Positions 69,284-82,571 of a stretch of 124,000 bases of DNA are shown one piece after another. The position numbers and the translations under genes are program-made. Under the pieces are notes generated by a model that made no database searches, had not been told where the DNA came from, and saw nothing but the letters and a program-made list of their open reading frames with translations. The stretch spans positions 189,740,001 to 189,864,000 of the forward strand of contig OX597815.1 of the NCBI GenBank assembly GCA_951406725.2. Direction: 5' to 3'. Origin of the DNA: Octopus vulgaris. Its lineage: Eukaryota. Positions within the stretch are counted from its first letter, which is position 1; every line of letters starts with the position of its first letter.

Positions 69284-69505
69284 TAACCCTTTAGCATTCA
69301 GGTTACTCTCTTGAATTAAATGCTTATTTTATTCACATTGTTTTAAATTAATCCTGCATTGTCTCATAGCTTCAATATATCTGATTGTTGATTATTAGAA
69401 TGACATTGTAGGGTAGGTGTGAGAGGCCAGATCCAGCTGGTATTGGTCATAAAACAAGTAAAACATTTGGATTAGATATGGCTGGTTTAAATGTGAAAAA
69501 CATTA
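69284..69505. mobile_element. TTAA-CCC (piggyBac-like) MITE
   Basis: Starts TTAACCCTTTAGCATT; right end decayed (GGTTTAAATGTGAAAAACATTAA). Confidence 0.55.
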
Positions 69506-69584
69506 AGACAGAAGACATGATGCAAGAGAGATTTATTTGCTACTTCTTGCAGATTATGTAACAGGATAGAAACTGTCTCATAAG

Positions 69585-70245
69585 GCAGCGAGCTGGCAGA
69601 AACTTTAGCATGCCAGACGAAATGCTTAGCAGTATTTCGTCTGCCGCTACGTTCTGAGTTCAAATTCTGCTGAGGTCGACTTTTCCTTTCATCCTCTTGG
69701 GATCAATTAAATAAATACCAGTTACGCACTAGGGTCGATATAATTGACTTATTCCGTTTGTCTGTCCTTGTTTGTCCCCTCTATGTTTAGCCCCTTGTGG
69801 GCAATAAAAAAATTAAGAAACGTTCGCATGCCGGATGAAATGCTTAGCAGTATTTCGTCTGCCGCTACATTCTGAGTTCAAATTCTGCTGAGGTCGACTT
69901 TGCCTTTCATCCTTTCAGGGCCAATTAAATAAATACCAGTTATGCACTGGGGTCGATGTAATCGACTTAATCCATTTGTCTGTCCTTGTTTATTCTCTCT
70001 ATGTTTAACCCCTTGTGGGCAATAAAAAAAGTAGAAAACGTTAGCACGCCAGGTGAAATGCTCAGCAGTATTTTGTCTGCTGCTATGTTTTGAGTTCAAA
70101 TTCCGCCAAGGTCGACTTTGCCTTTCATCAATTAAATAAGTACCAGTTACACACTGGGGTCGATGTAATTGACTTAATCCCTTTGTCTGTCCTTGTTTGT
70201 CCCCTCTGTGTGTAGCCCCTTGTGGGCAGTGAAGAAATAAGAAAC
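69585..70245 (+). mobile_element. SINE family 2 tandem trimer
   Basis: Three successive units; units 2 and 3 are 5'-shortened. Confidence 0.8.
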
Positions 70246-70916
70246 TGTCTCACAAGGTAGTATTTCTAGGTGATCTAATCCATACTTCCAACATCCATTT
70301 GAATTTAGACAATGTAAAAAAAATGAAATGTTTTATTGAGAAATACAAAGAAGTCCGTGCAACAGATTGAACTGACAATCTTTGACCAAATAGTGCTGTC
70401 GCTTACCGATTTTATCATTTAAGTTCTGCATACACTCTACAGAAAGACATGGAAGTGAGTTACATAATAACATTTCATCTCATGAAAAGCAGTGCTCCTT
70501 GGTAAGAAAGAAAGAACAGCGTAGTCATCTTTGTCAGCTAACAGGAAAGGAAAAAATGCCTTATCATTCATATTCTGTCAGTATCCAAGAGTGATTTGAC
70601 AGACAGGAAATAAATATTGTACTTTTATTGAGATGGCAGTGACACAACACTGTTATCGCTATTAACAACAAAATACAGTTACAAATAAGCAATAGACAAC
70701 TTCCTTAAATGCCAGTCACGTCTGACATAACGAGGAAAGTCAATACTTTCAGGAGACAGTCAAGAAATCTCGGCAGCCCAATTACTACGACGAAAGATAT
70801 TCAAATAAACAATTGCAGAATACGCACTTTTATACGAGTTGAAATCTTCTGTCATGGACACAGTTTCCTTAAATGAGAAACCAAATGTTGGTTGTCTTGT
70901 TGTTATTGCTGTTTAT

Positions 70917-71300
70917 GGAGGCGCAATGGCCCAGTGGTTAGGGCAGCGGACTCGCGGTCATAGGATCGTGGTTTCGATTCCCAGACCGGGCATCGCGAGT
71001 GTTTATTGAGCGAAAATACCTAAAGCTCCACGAGACTCCGGCAGGAGATGGTGGTGATCCCTGCTGTACTCTTTCACCACAACTTTCTCTCACTCTTACT
71101 TCCTCTTTCTGCTGTACCTGTATTTCAAAGGGCCGGCCTTGTCACTCTCTGTGTCACGCTGAATATCCCCGAGAACTACGTTAAGGGTACACGTGTCTGT
71201 GGAGTGCTCAGCCACTTACACGTTAATTTCACGAGCAGGCTGTTCCGTTGATTCGGATCAACCGGAACCCTCGTCGTCGTAACTGACTGAGTGCTTCCAA
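70917..71300 (+). mobile_element. tRNA-derived SINE family 1, near full length
   Basis: GGAGGCGCAATGGCCCAGTGGTTAGGGCAGCGGACTCGCGG..GGTTTCGATTCCC head with a ~300-bp body. Confidence 0.85.
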
Positions 71301-72001
71301 TTGCTGTTTAGCTCCAAATCAACACTGACTGAACAGATGTAGAAGTGAAGGAATTCCAACCATGACCATTTCATCCATTTCCTATGTACAGGTGGCCCAG
71401 AACCACAAAATTCGAAGAATGTAATTTGTGAAGGCACATGGCTCAGTGGTTAGAGCATCATGGTCACAATCTTGCCCGCATTTGTGCCTTGGAGAGGAAC
71501 TTTGTAAGTGCAATCCCATGGTCATTCATGACCGAAGGGGGTCTTTACCCTTACACTTACCCTTTCATTTCTAAGATAGAGGATGTGGGATGGTGATGGG
71601 TGGTGGTGAGGTGGGGATGAGTCAAGGGAGATTTGACTATTATATCTAGCAAGTTGCACACATTGGCTTATACCATTGTAGTTTGTGATGATGACACTGG
71701 TAGAGTATTAATGATAATAATTTTCATTGTGATGATAATTACGAGGAAAAATATTGATGACAATGTTGATGACAATGACGAAGTTGGTGGTAGAGGAGGT
71801 GGTAACGGTGGTGGTGGTGGTGGTGTTACTGTTGTTGTTGTTGTTGTTGTGGTGGTGGTGGTGGTGGAAATGGTGTTGTTGTTGTTGGTAGTGGCGGTGA
71901 TGGTGTTGTTGTTGTTGTTGTTGTTGCTAGTAGTGGTGGTGGTGGCAGAAATGGTGGTAGCGGTGATGGTAATGGTGTTGTTGTTGTTGCTGTTGTTGTT
72001 G

Positions 72002-72033
<32 letters not shown>

Positions 72034-72100
72034 GGTGGTGGTGGTGGTGGTGATGAAGATGACGACAATGATGATAACGATGCTGATGCTGACAATGGTA

Positions 72101-72131
<31 letters not shown>

Positions 72132-74125
72132 CCACCACTGATGATGGTGATCATCAACATAATATCAGTTTCACTGATTACCATGTAATGCATTTACTTA
72201 TATAAAATATGCAATACATTTATTTATATAAAATAAAGATGGAATCATTAACATTACAAATAATTAAAATTTTAATTCATCCTTTAATTACAGAACAAAA
72301 TATTATTTAATATTACGGAGATGTACTCGCATAGCAAGTGATTTGATCTGAGATCGTGTGCTGGAAAGAAAACAATTGCAGCGTGGAAGGTGTTTGTAAG
72401 CCATTTAAGAAACACACAAAAGCCGTCAGTGAACAGGTCACGGATTTTAGCGACGAAAATATTTTGACAAATTAAACTTAAATGTTGAAGTGAATCGAAC
72501 GGTTTTTGTGTGTTTCTAAAATGGCTTACAAACACCCTTCCACGCTGCAATTGTATTATTTAATAATATTCCACAATATCATTTAATCATATCAAGTGTT
72601 GGGCCTCACGAAGGCAATGGCCAAGACCTTTGGCATTATGTCAGGCTTGAGAAGAAGACCCTTCAAGCCGAGCAAAATTGCAGACGTGGCAGATATTGGT
72701 GTCATGCAAATGGCACCCATGCTGGTGGCATGTAAAAGCACCAATTACACTCTCAGAGTAGCTGGCATTAGGAAGGGCACCCGGCCATAGAAAACCATGC
72801 CAAATCAGACTGGGGTCTGGCACAGCCTTCCAGCTTACCAGTCCCAGTGAAACCGTCCAACCCATGCCAGCATGGACAATGGATATTAAATGATGGCGGA
72901 CATGATGATGATGATGATGATGATATCCGGCCCAAATATAATACCTGTTTTATGTACAGACTGACCATATAGTGGTGGCAGTAGTTGCGGCAGTGGTGGT
73001 GGTGGTGATGGTGGTGGCAGTGGCAGCGGTGGTGGTGGTGGTGGTGGCTGTTGTTGTTGTTAAGCAACAAGACGGGTAAGGGTGATTAGGTGATGGTCTA
73101 GGGCTTAGGGGCGGGAGACCCCAGACTTTGGAAAAAAAAAACTTTGGTTGTCTTGTTGTAGTCAAGGGCTCTTTGTTGACATCTGACACCACTGGGAGGT
73201 GGCCCTTGAAGTCGCTGGAAATGGAGATCTCCAGGTCCAAATTCTTGAATGGCTGGTGATGATGGTGGTAGTGGTGGTGATGATGGTGGCGGTAGTGGCA
73301 GTGGAGATGGTGGTGGTGGTAGTGTTGGTGGTGATGGTGGTAGTGATGGTGGTAGTGATGGTGGTAGTGGTGGTGGTGACAGTGGTGGTGGTAGTGGTGG
73401 TGATAGTGGTGGTGGTGGTGTAGTGGTGGTGGTGGTGATGGTAGTGGTGGTGATGATGGTGGCGGTAGTGGCAGTGGGGATGGTGGTGGTGGTAGTGGTG
73501 GTAGTGGTGGTGGTAATGGTGGTAATGGTGGTAGTTATGGTAGTGGTGGTGGTGACAGTGGTGGTGGTAGTGGTGATGATGGTGGTAGTGGTGGTGATGG
73601 TGGTGACAGTGGTGGTGGTGGTGATGGTAGTGATGGTGGTGGTGGTGGTCGTTGTCATCATTGCTGTCATTGTTGTCGGCGTCATCATCGTAGTAGTAGT
73701 AGTAGTAGTAGTAGTAAGCAGCAGTAGTTGTTGATGATGCTGCAGTAAAGGACTGATTCATGGTAAGGTCAAAAGAAGCAGAGGTTATTTCAGAAGTAAG
73801 CACAACATGCAAATCTTACCATTTTGACAACATGGATTCTTGGTTTTAATAATCCGAGTGTTTTTTATGCCCACTGTAATATCTCCAGTGAAACGATTGC
73901 GTGGAAGTAACAAAACAGCAATAACACTGAAAACAGCAATGATACAGTTGTACCGAAACCTATTATTTTACTTTCAGGATATGTAAAAACGATACAAATA
74001 ACCAGAGTCACGGTTTACATAATTGCCAACAGTATTCTAAAAATAAAACCGCCTCAAGTTCGCACACATATCTGTTGAATTATTATTATTATTATTATTA
74101 TTATTTATTATTATTATCATTATTA

Positions 74126-74166
<41 letters not shown>

Positions 74167-74264
74167 TTATAATTGAGCCATTAAATTTCGCTTCTTTTCT
74201 AGTATTCTGATAGAATTCCATCATTTGTCTCAGATATTTTTTTGATAGCTTGTTTGAGTTTTAC

Positions 74265-74301
<37 letters not shown>

Positions 74302-74735
74302 GTTATTATTATTATTATTATCTCTTTTTATTTTTTCTCATTTTATTATTATTTTTTTTTTTTTTTTTTTTACAAAGTACCATATTCACAAGCAAGCAGT
74401 ACTGATACATGCAAGAAAATAAATTAAATGCCACTTTCAGGAATTATTTGAAGTAAAACTATACTTTGCAGTATTAGACTTAAATTTGCATATTGTGTAA
74501 ATGACATTCTCTGATGCCAAAGCTTTTAACTGTTTACGGATTCATGGTTCAAATTATTCATGCATGAGTTACTTTATCTGAAATTTAGGAACAAAGTGAA
74601 GACTGTTAATTTATTTGTTTGCTTCTTAAAACTTAAACAAATTCAGTGTCCAATTATAGAAAATTGACAAGTTTTATTGACAAATAGATTACTTTCTGAA
74701 ATTTTTGCAGTTGTTGTTGTTGTTGTTGTTGCTGA

Positions 74736-74769
<34 letters not shown>

Positions 74770-75296
74770 GCTATTGTTGTTGTTGTTTTCATGCCAAACT
74801 ATAAAAACAATATGATTTCTGAAAGTCTATTGAAACATTCATTAACACCTGTTGTAATTTGAATTTATTTATCCTGAGATATGTCATGCATAAAGCAATG
74901 AGAATTTATTCATAAGATACAACAACCAGGTTGGAAAGATTTATTACTTGAAATGATGCAGAAGGCAGTAGATTATAATGAAAATTAGGTTTCGGCGCTG
75001 GCTTAATTTAGTAAGTAATTCACAATGTCACTGTCTGGCGTTGCAGCGATACACTATATAAATATTCATCATCTCATTAATGGTCTATTTATAAGCATGG
75101 ATAAAGTTAACATTTACCGAATTACAACAATGTAAAGGGCTAGTACATATCTCCATTTTCCATTGCAATAGGCAGATAAGAGACAAAATTCCCATAAGAT
75201 AACATGTTTCTGAGAATTTCTTCCATGGGAGGAGCTGAGCTAACAACTGCTGTCATTATTACAAGCAATAAGCTATACCATGTTGCAGTAGCTGTT

Positions 75297-75524
75297 GAAA
75301 ATATATGAATTCTGTAGACGAGGTGAGAACAGTACTGGAGGCGTATTTTTTGGCAAGGAGAAGTGAATTTTGGAAGAGGGGCCTTGCAAGTCTACCTGGA
75401 AGATGGAAGAGCATTGTAGAAAATGATGGAGAGTATATCTTAGATTAAAAAAGAACTTTGTTTATCTTAAGTCTGAAAAATGAAAGAAGTATAAAACATA
75501 CCGCATTATTCATGGGTTAACTCA

Positions 75525-75530
<6 letters not shown>
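75297..75530 (+). mobile_element. Mariner 3' remnant
   Basis: NSVDEVRTVLEAYFLARRSEFWKRGLASLPGRWKSIVENDGEYILD* followed by a TIR-like end and TA. Confidence 0.8.
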
Positions 75531-75572
<42 letters not shown>

Positions 75573-75641
75573 CGGAGTAAACACATAAATGTGAAACAAG
75601 GTGGAAAAAGAGTACTCAAATACCAGTGGTAGAGTAATATG

Positions 75642-75764
75642 CTTTATTTAAAGCAGCAGAAAATTCAACAAAACCTGTTACTCTGAGTTCCCCGTCTCCG
75701 ACGAACGGAGACGGGAAACTCAGAATAACAGGTTTTGTTGAATTTTCTGCTGCTTTAAATAAAG
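75642..75764. repeat. ~123-bp hairpin containing a family F hammerhead-like motif
   Basis: Arms pair around an ACGAA loop; the right side reads CCGACGA-A-CG GAGA CG-G-GAAA-CUCAGAA-UA-ACAGGUUUUGUU. Confidence 0.7.
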
Positions 75765-76823
75765 TATATATATATATATATATATATAATTTTAATCCAA
75801 ACGGGAAAACAAAAAAACAACAACAGTGGAACAAAACAGTATTATTATTAATAGGCGCTCAGGAAATATGTTCTTTTACTTGTTTCACTCATATGTAGAA
75901 GCATATTGAATAAATAGTTCGAATTTACTGAAAACAAAAGATGAAGATAGATGAGGAAACAACAAACAGGTTTATTAGTTTGACACTCAGGAAGAATGAA
76001 AAAGTCTTTGACAATTCGGGCCTATGCTCTTTGACAGAAAGGACTGAGAAAGAGAAAAATGGAGAGAGAAAAAGTCCTTTGCCAATCTTTATATTAACCA
76101 GTTTCCCAGTATAATGTCCACACTTGCACACAAGCTGTTTTACTGTACTTTAGTTGCTTGCTGATGTTCGAAAAGGAAACTTTTTGCAGGTGGAGTGATA
76201 TAATTTTTGCTCTCGTGACTGGACTGAGGCTACATTGTTTTCCCATTATTAATCAATTGTATAATAACGTTAAAATATAACATTATATAGTGCAGTTAAG
76301 CTAGTTGTGTGACCACCCATTTTGGCAAAAAAATTTGCATACATATTACATGGTCTTAAACTAATTTTGCCAGTAAATTTGAAATGTTTATATTAATTTA
76401 GCATTAGAATTCTTCAAGTTGCATAAAAATAGTTATTGTCTGCATCATTCGAAAGAGAAATAAATTCTGCACAAGGTATAAAAGATAAAGATAATTTGTA
76501 TGGTGTTAGTAACAAAATATTTTGTAAGAAATAAAACTTTTATCATCGGTCTTAAATATATTTTTGCCAGTGTATGTATATATATATATATATATATATA
76601 TGCATATATGGGTACAGGATTACAGGATGTTAGCAAACGTAAGCAATATGAAATATGAAAACAACATGAAATACGAAGACAAGCGTTTTTTTTGTGAATA
76701 ACAAGAAAAACAATTGGAAAACAAGACAAGTAACATAAAAAACGACCATTCATCAGTTGTTGGCTGTTTATCTACTCCACATTTTGAGCAATTCATGACA
76801 ATATGTGCCTTCAAGAAAACAGC

Positions 76824-76883
<60 letters not shown>

Positions 76884-77047
76884 TGTATGTATGTATGTAT
76901 GTATGTATGTATTTATTTATTTATGTGTGCGTGTCTTTGTGCTTTGAGTCTGCGTTTGTGCCCCACTGTTGCTTGACAACCGATATCGGTGTGCTTATGT
77001 CCCTGTAACTTAGCAGTTCAGTAAAAGAAACCGATAGAATAAGTACC

Positions 77048-77371
77048 AAGCTTGCAAAGAACAAGTCCTGGGGTCAATTTCTTCAAATAAAAGGTGGTGC
77101 TCCAGCATGGCCGCAGTTTGAAGCAAGTAAAAGAGTAAATCTAGAAATAGAGAGAATGTAGCGAAAATACTGATTATAAATGTTAGCAATAAGAAAGGAA
77201 ATACTTTTAATTGCTTGGAGAAGCTCGTTTGATTGAAGGTTTTTCATCTTATTATACATCATTCATGTGACTCCCTACTGTATTCATGTCTCGTAAGCAG
77301 AATGTTTCCCCGGAGGTATTTTATTAACAAAGATGAATTGTTTCCATAAAAGATTTATGAAAGCAATTTTT
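77048..77371 (+). repeat. Source of a ~325-bp direct duplication (copy at 81147-81470)
   Basis: SINE tail plus unique flank; nearly identical to the copy apart from a few substitutions. Confidence 0.9.
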
Positions 77372-79539
77372 ATCATTTTTCCTGTTAGCTAAATGAAAAT
77401 ATGAACCCTATATAACTACCAGTTTTTAAATATATATCGAAATTGAAAAATAAATAAACAATGTTAAAAAAAACATTGCAGCACAAAGGAAGGCAAAATG
77501 ATTTATGATTTTAAACCTTTGCAATGATATCAAACAAGGAAATTAAAAAATAACAAATAAAAAGCCTCTGTAGAAATCAATCTCAAATTAAAAAACAAAT
77601 ATATTTACATTTACAGTCAATTCAGTCTACATCAAAGGCCACTTATTCCCCATATAGACTAATATATGTTTCCAAACCTCTGGCTCAGTGATTTATAGTA
77701 ACCTTAATATCCAATGACTTATTCCTGATAACACATTTAGCGGCTGCTGTTGCTATTGCAATTTAACACAGAATGAATTCACGATCTATGCGGATCAGGA
77801 CAGCAATTATTCCTGAACTAGAAGCATGCTAGTGTAGTATTTATAACTTACTAGTAATTCAGTGTAGCATTATGGAATAACATTCAAACGCAAAAGGGAT
77901 ATTAGTATGCACAACTCAATTTCCATTCTGAACATAAGCTTGAGTGAAAGTCCTTCTGTGTAAAGCTAATCATTTTTAGTTTCCGCTTTTTGCAAAAAAA
78001 AATTTACCAGCTGTCTTCATAACGATTTATATCATCCTATTATAAACCTACATGTTTTGGTTATTTTATTTGCTTTAGAACCTCCTCTTTTTATGTGGAG
78101 GTCAGCTAATCAAAACCAATACTAAAGTGTGGATAGAATGAGATAAATCTGTGTTCTCAGTCATATGGTTACACTCCAAGAATAATTTTTTCTTCAGTAA
78201 TGTGTTAATTATGAAATCAATTGTTAATATTTTGCTATTATAAACATGACACTTAAAACTTGTTTTTTCAGCCAATAAAATATTTTTTCAGAGTAAGACT
78301 GTTCCGAGTTCAAAGGGCCTAGCTAATCATTAAAAATTTAGTTTAGCTCTAAAAATGGAAGCTTAAAACAAAATAGAATAAGACGAAAAACAAATTGCTC
78401 CATAAATATTGATTATAGGTAGCAATAATATCTGGTAGAAGATCATCAAAACTTTGACTAACATCGTAGTGACTGAGAAAAACATTATTAAATGCAAAGG
78501 TTTCATAGATAGAATCTATAAAAGTACATTAAAGAAATGAAGAGTTGCTTTTGTTTCTAAGCATTTTCAGTGTATTGAAATATGTGTCATGATAATTTTC
78601 AGAATTTTATTGATTAACCATTTTCTGAGTTTGTTACAGACACACATCCATAGCAACTAAAACTTTCTCTGCTTTAGAAAAGTGATATATTTGATTGACT
78701 TGCAGCAACTTGGATGGTTACAAATATATATTATAAAAGAGTTATGTAATTTACGAGTACAATAATTTCAGAACGTGATATTGGTTTCATTTGAATAGAT
78801 ACAAGGATACTATATTTGCAAAGAAGATTACATGGGATATTGCAATGTTCATACCTCTCCAAAAGCATTATCTGTGAAAATGAAGCAGAATGGTTCCAAT
78901 GTGAAATATACTCTCAACTGGCATACAATCTCATTTATTTATTTTATAAAGCAATTTGTGCACAATAGCTTCATTGGTTACAGGTTTCCAACAGACCAAT
79001 AATTGATTCATAGTATTTCTGACAGTGGCAATAACAAAGGAATGTCTATAATTTGGTGTAGAACAAATTATTTAAGGGAATTCATCTGAGAACTGTTGTT
79101 TTGTTTTGTTTTGTTTTTCTCGTCAATGTTTAGTTCCTTTGCTGTTACACACCACCAAAACACACACACACGTGTGTATGTCTGTGTGTGTGTGTGGTGT
79201 GGCAGATGGACTTCCAACAGAATAAAGAAAACTATCTTTCCATTGGTGTTTCCAGGCAGTGGTACGATATGTTGGCTGAGAACTCTTGACAGAAATGTTG
79301 CTATTTGGTGATGGAGTGGAATTTGATCCCTGAATGCACAACACCTCATCACAGATACCCTAAGGCATCTCATCCAATGCTCTAACAATTTCTGCCAATC
79401 CACCCAACATCAACCATAACCCCTCTGCTACATTTTAAAAATTTATTTATTTATTTTGCATATACATATCCATGTGAGTGTGTATGCGTGCGTGTTTGTG
79501 TGAGTGTGCATGTGTGTGTGTGTGCATGTGTGAGAGAGA

Positions 79540-79678
79540 GTATTTATGTGGATATCTTTCACCAATGTGTGTGTGTGTCTGTGAGAGAGAGAGTATCTGT
79601 GTGGATATCTTTCATCAATGTGTGTGTGCATGTGTATATGTGTGTGTGAGTGTGAGTAACTATGTGGATATCTTTCAT

Positions 79679-79711
<33 letters not shown>

Positions 79712-79830
79712 TGCATGTGTGTGAGTAAGTGGATATGTTTCATCAATATGTGTGTGTATGTGTGTGTGTGTGTATGTGTGTGTGTGTGTGTCAGTGTGTG
79801 TGTATCTATGTGGATATCTTTCATCAATAT
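79540..79830. repeat. Minisatellite: five GTGGATATCTTTCATCAAT cores separated by variable (GT)n
   Basis: Cores at 79548, 79601, 79664, 79729 and 79810. Confidence 0.85.
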
Positions 79831-80588
79831 GTATGTGTGTGTGTGTGTATGCACACACATTGGATAGTTCAGATCATCATCATCATCATCATCATCATCG
79901 ATTAACGTCCATTTTCCATGCTGGCATGGGCTTCACGGTTTGACTGAGGGCAGGAAAGCCAGCAGCTGCACCAGGCTCCAATCTGATCTGGCAAAGTTTC
80001 TACAGCTGGGTGCCCTTCCTAATGCCAACCACTCCAAGAGTGTAGTGGGTGCTTTTTACGTACCACTGGCACAGGAGCCAGTCAGGACAGGCTTGCCATC
80101 GACCACGTTTGGATAGTACCTTTTACGTGCCACCGGCACAGGGGCCTGTCACGAGGTACTGGCATCGGCCACATTCGGATGGTGCTTTTTACATGCCACT
80201 GGCACAAGAGCCAGTCAGAGGATACTAGCATCAGCTATTGGGAACTGAGGGACATTTAGCGATGCCAGATTGTGACAGTGATGTGAAGAGTTGTTTAGTC
80301 ATGTTGCCATAGCAACTCTGATGTGGCAGAAGTAAAACTGTAACTCAGGGCTTTGAGTTCAAATTTTCAGCCTATTTATCTCTTTTACTCTTATGCTCTT
80401 TTACTTGTTTCAGTCATTTGACTGTGGCCATGCTGGAGCACTGCCTTTAGCCGAGCAAATCGACCCCCAGGACTTATTCTTTGGAAGTCTAGTACTTATT
80501 CTATCGGTCTCTTTTGCCAAACTGCTAAGTTACGGGAACATAAACACACCAGCATCGGTTATAAAGCAATGTTGGGGGGACAAACACA

Positions 80589-80630
<42 letters not shown>

Positions 80631-80784
80631 TATATATATAAGAGAAAAAATCTGTAAATTTTTTCCACTTGAATATATATTTATATTATATAGAGGGCAT
80701 TATTACACATAAATACCGCATGCTAGGAGGGACTCTTAAAGTCAAAACTACTAGCATGCAGCATTTATGTGTAATAATGCCCTC

Positions 80785-80826
<42 letters not shown>

Positions 80827-80884
80827 CAAGTATTTTATTACATTTATCAATTCATTTTGCACGATTCCTGATGTGAAATTGTAT

Positions 80885-81585
80885 GCTGAAAAAGATATTG
80901 TTGTATTTCGGTATGGACATATTTTTGTTTTGCTTTGCCAAATAAACACGCGTTTATTACTGTTCTTATTTTATTATTTTAACTCCATGTCCATTGTCTG
81001 AAAGTCCTTCATCACAAATCTGTGACCTCTACAGGGACACTTTCCATCTTCATGTGTGTTCTTGCTTCACTTACTCCATTCTCTGAAAAGTGTCACTGAA
81101 GAGGTCACAGATGTGTGACAAAAACTTTTTGGGCAATGGGCTTACAAAGCTTACAAAGAATAAGTCCTGGGGTCAATTTCTTCAACTAAAAGGTGGTGCT
81201 CCAGCATGGCCGCAGTTTGAAGCAAGTAAAAGAGTAAATCTAGAAATAGAGAGAATGTAGCGAAAATACTGATTATAAATGTTAGCAATAAGAAAGGAAA
81301 TACTTTTAATTGCTTGGAGAAGCTCATTTGATTGAAGGTTTTTCATCTTATTATACATCATTCATGTGACTCCCTACTGTATTCATGTCTTGTAAGCAGA
81401 ATGTTTCCCCGGAGGTATTTTATTAACAAAGATGAATTGTTTCCATAAAAGATTTATGAAAGCAATTTTTTAAATAATAAAATAAGAACAGTAATAAATG
81501 AGTGAAGAACAAATATATAGTGCGTGTGTTTATTTGGTAAAAGAAAAAGATGACCGTCCCAAAATATAGCAATATCAAATATTTT
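80885..81585. mobile_element. Palindromic MITE-like element carrying the 325-bp insertion in its right arm
   Basis: GCCAAATAAACACGCG..TTTATTACTGTTCTTATTTTATT pairs with AATAAAATAAGAACAGTAATAAA..GCGTGTGTTTATTTGG. Confidence 0.65.
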
Positions 81586-82405
81586 AGTTTTCCTTAAAGT
81601 ATGAATATTTTGAAAGTTATCAAATACAATATCCTTTTAAAATCTTTTATTCTTTTACTTGTTTCAGTCATTTGACTGTGGCCATGCTGGAGCACTGCCT
81701 TTAGTTGAGCAAATCAACCACAGGACTTATTCTTTGTAAGCCTAGTACTTATTCTATCAGTTCCTTTTGCTAAACCACTAAGTTACAGGGACATAAACAC
81801 ACCAGCATGGGTTGTCAAGCAATGTTGGGGGTACAAGCACAGACACACAAACACACGCACACACACACGCACAAAGAAAATAAGACAAGGTAGAAAATGC
81901 TAAAATAATTTTATCATGAAGACCATTTTAGTACCGGTTTCAGTCATTGCACAGATTCCAGATCAAAATTCCGAAAATCAAAAAAATAGCATTCAGCAAA
82001 CACATCGACATTTGCTCCAACAACAAACAACCAGGTTGTATCATCCCTGTATTGATAGAGGGGGCAGATTCTGAAGCTTGGTTGTTTATTGTTAGCGCAA
82101 ATCTCAAAGTGTTCGCTGAATACTATTTTTCCGTTTCTTTTTTTTTAAATTTTGATCTGGGATCTGTGCAATGATTGAATCTGGTACTAAAATGGTCTTC
82201 GTGATAAAATTATTTTAGCATTTTTTCCTTGCTTTATTTTCCTTATACATATCAACTCGTGTGTTCCTTTTCAACCTTCTACATACATATATATATATAT
82301 ATATATAGTTATGCCAAACAAGAAAACACGAAAAAACACAACAACGTGAGGACGTGGAACAAATATAGTATTATTGGATGCTCAGGAAAGAAGGAAAGAA
82401 GGAGG

Positions 82406-82440
82406 GTTTAATGTTTCAAGCAGAGCTCTTCATCAGAAAC
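82406..82440 (-). ncRNA. Minimal hammerhead motif, family D (canonical CUGAUGA)
   Basis: GUUU-CUGAUGA-A-GAGC UCU GCUU-GAAA-CAU-U-AAAC; stem III shows CpG-type decay. Confidence 0.55.
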
Positions 82441-82539
82441 ATAGGAGAAGGAAAGATCCAGAGAAGGGAAGACAGAGGAAAAAAATCGCCAACGGTACAC
82501 ATGCGGTCACATTTTGAATATATATATATATATATATGC

Positions 82540-82571
<32 letters not shown>

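Noticed and set aside
70679-70867. Minus-strand frame ETVSMTEDF..AAEIS*LSPESIDFPRY.. with a good acceptor and an in-frame TGA (selenocysteine or editing idea)
   Set aside because: No convincing donor, no SECIS seen, no homology; chance is sufficient.
70917-70990. tRNA-like sequences (also ~2224, 21105, 42505, 101590, 107480)
   Set aside because: SINE heads: they have A and B boxes but run into SINE bodies and lack a matched acceptor stem.
75150-75295. Signal-peptide-like minus-strand peptide (WYSLLLVIMTAVVSSAPPMEEILRN..)
   Set aside because: The acceptor is created at a mariner junction; no upstream exon or dibasic sites were found.
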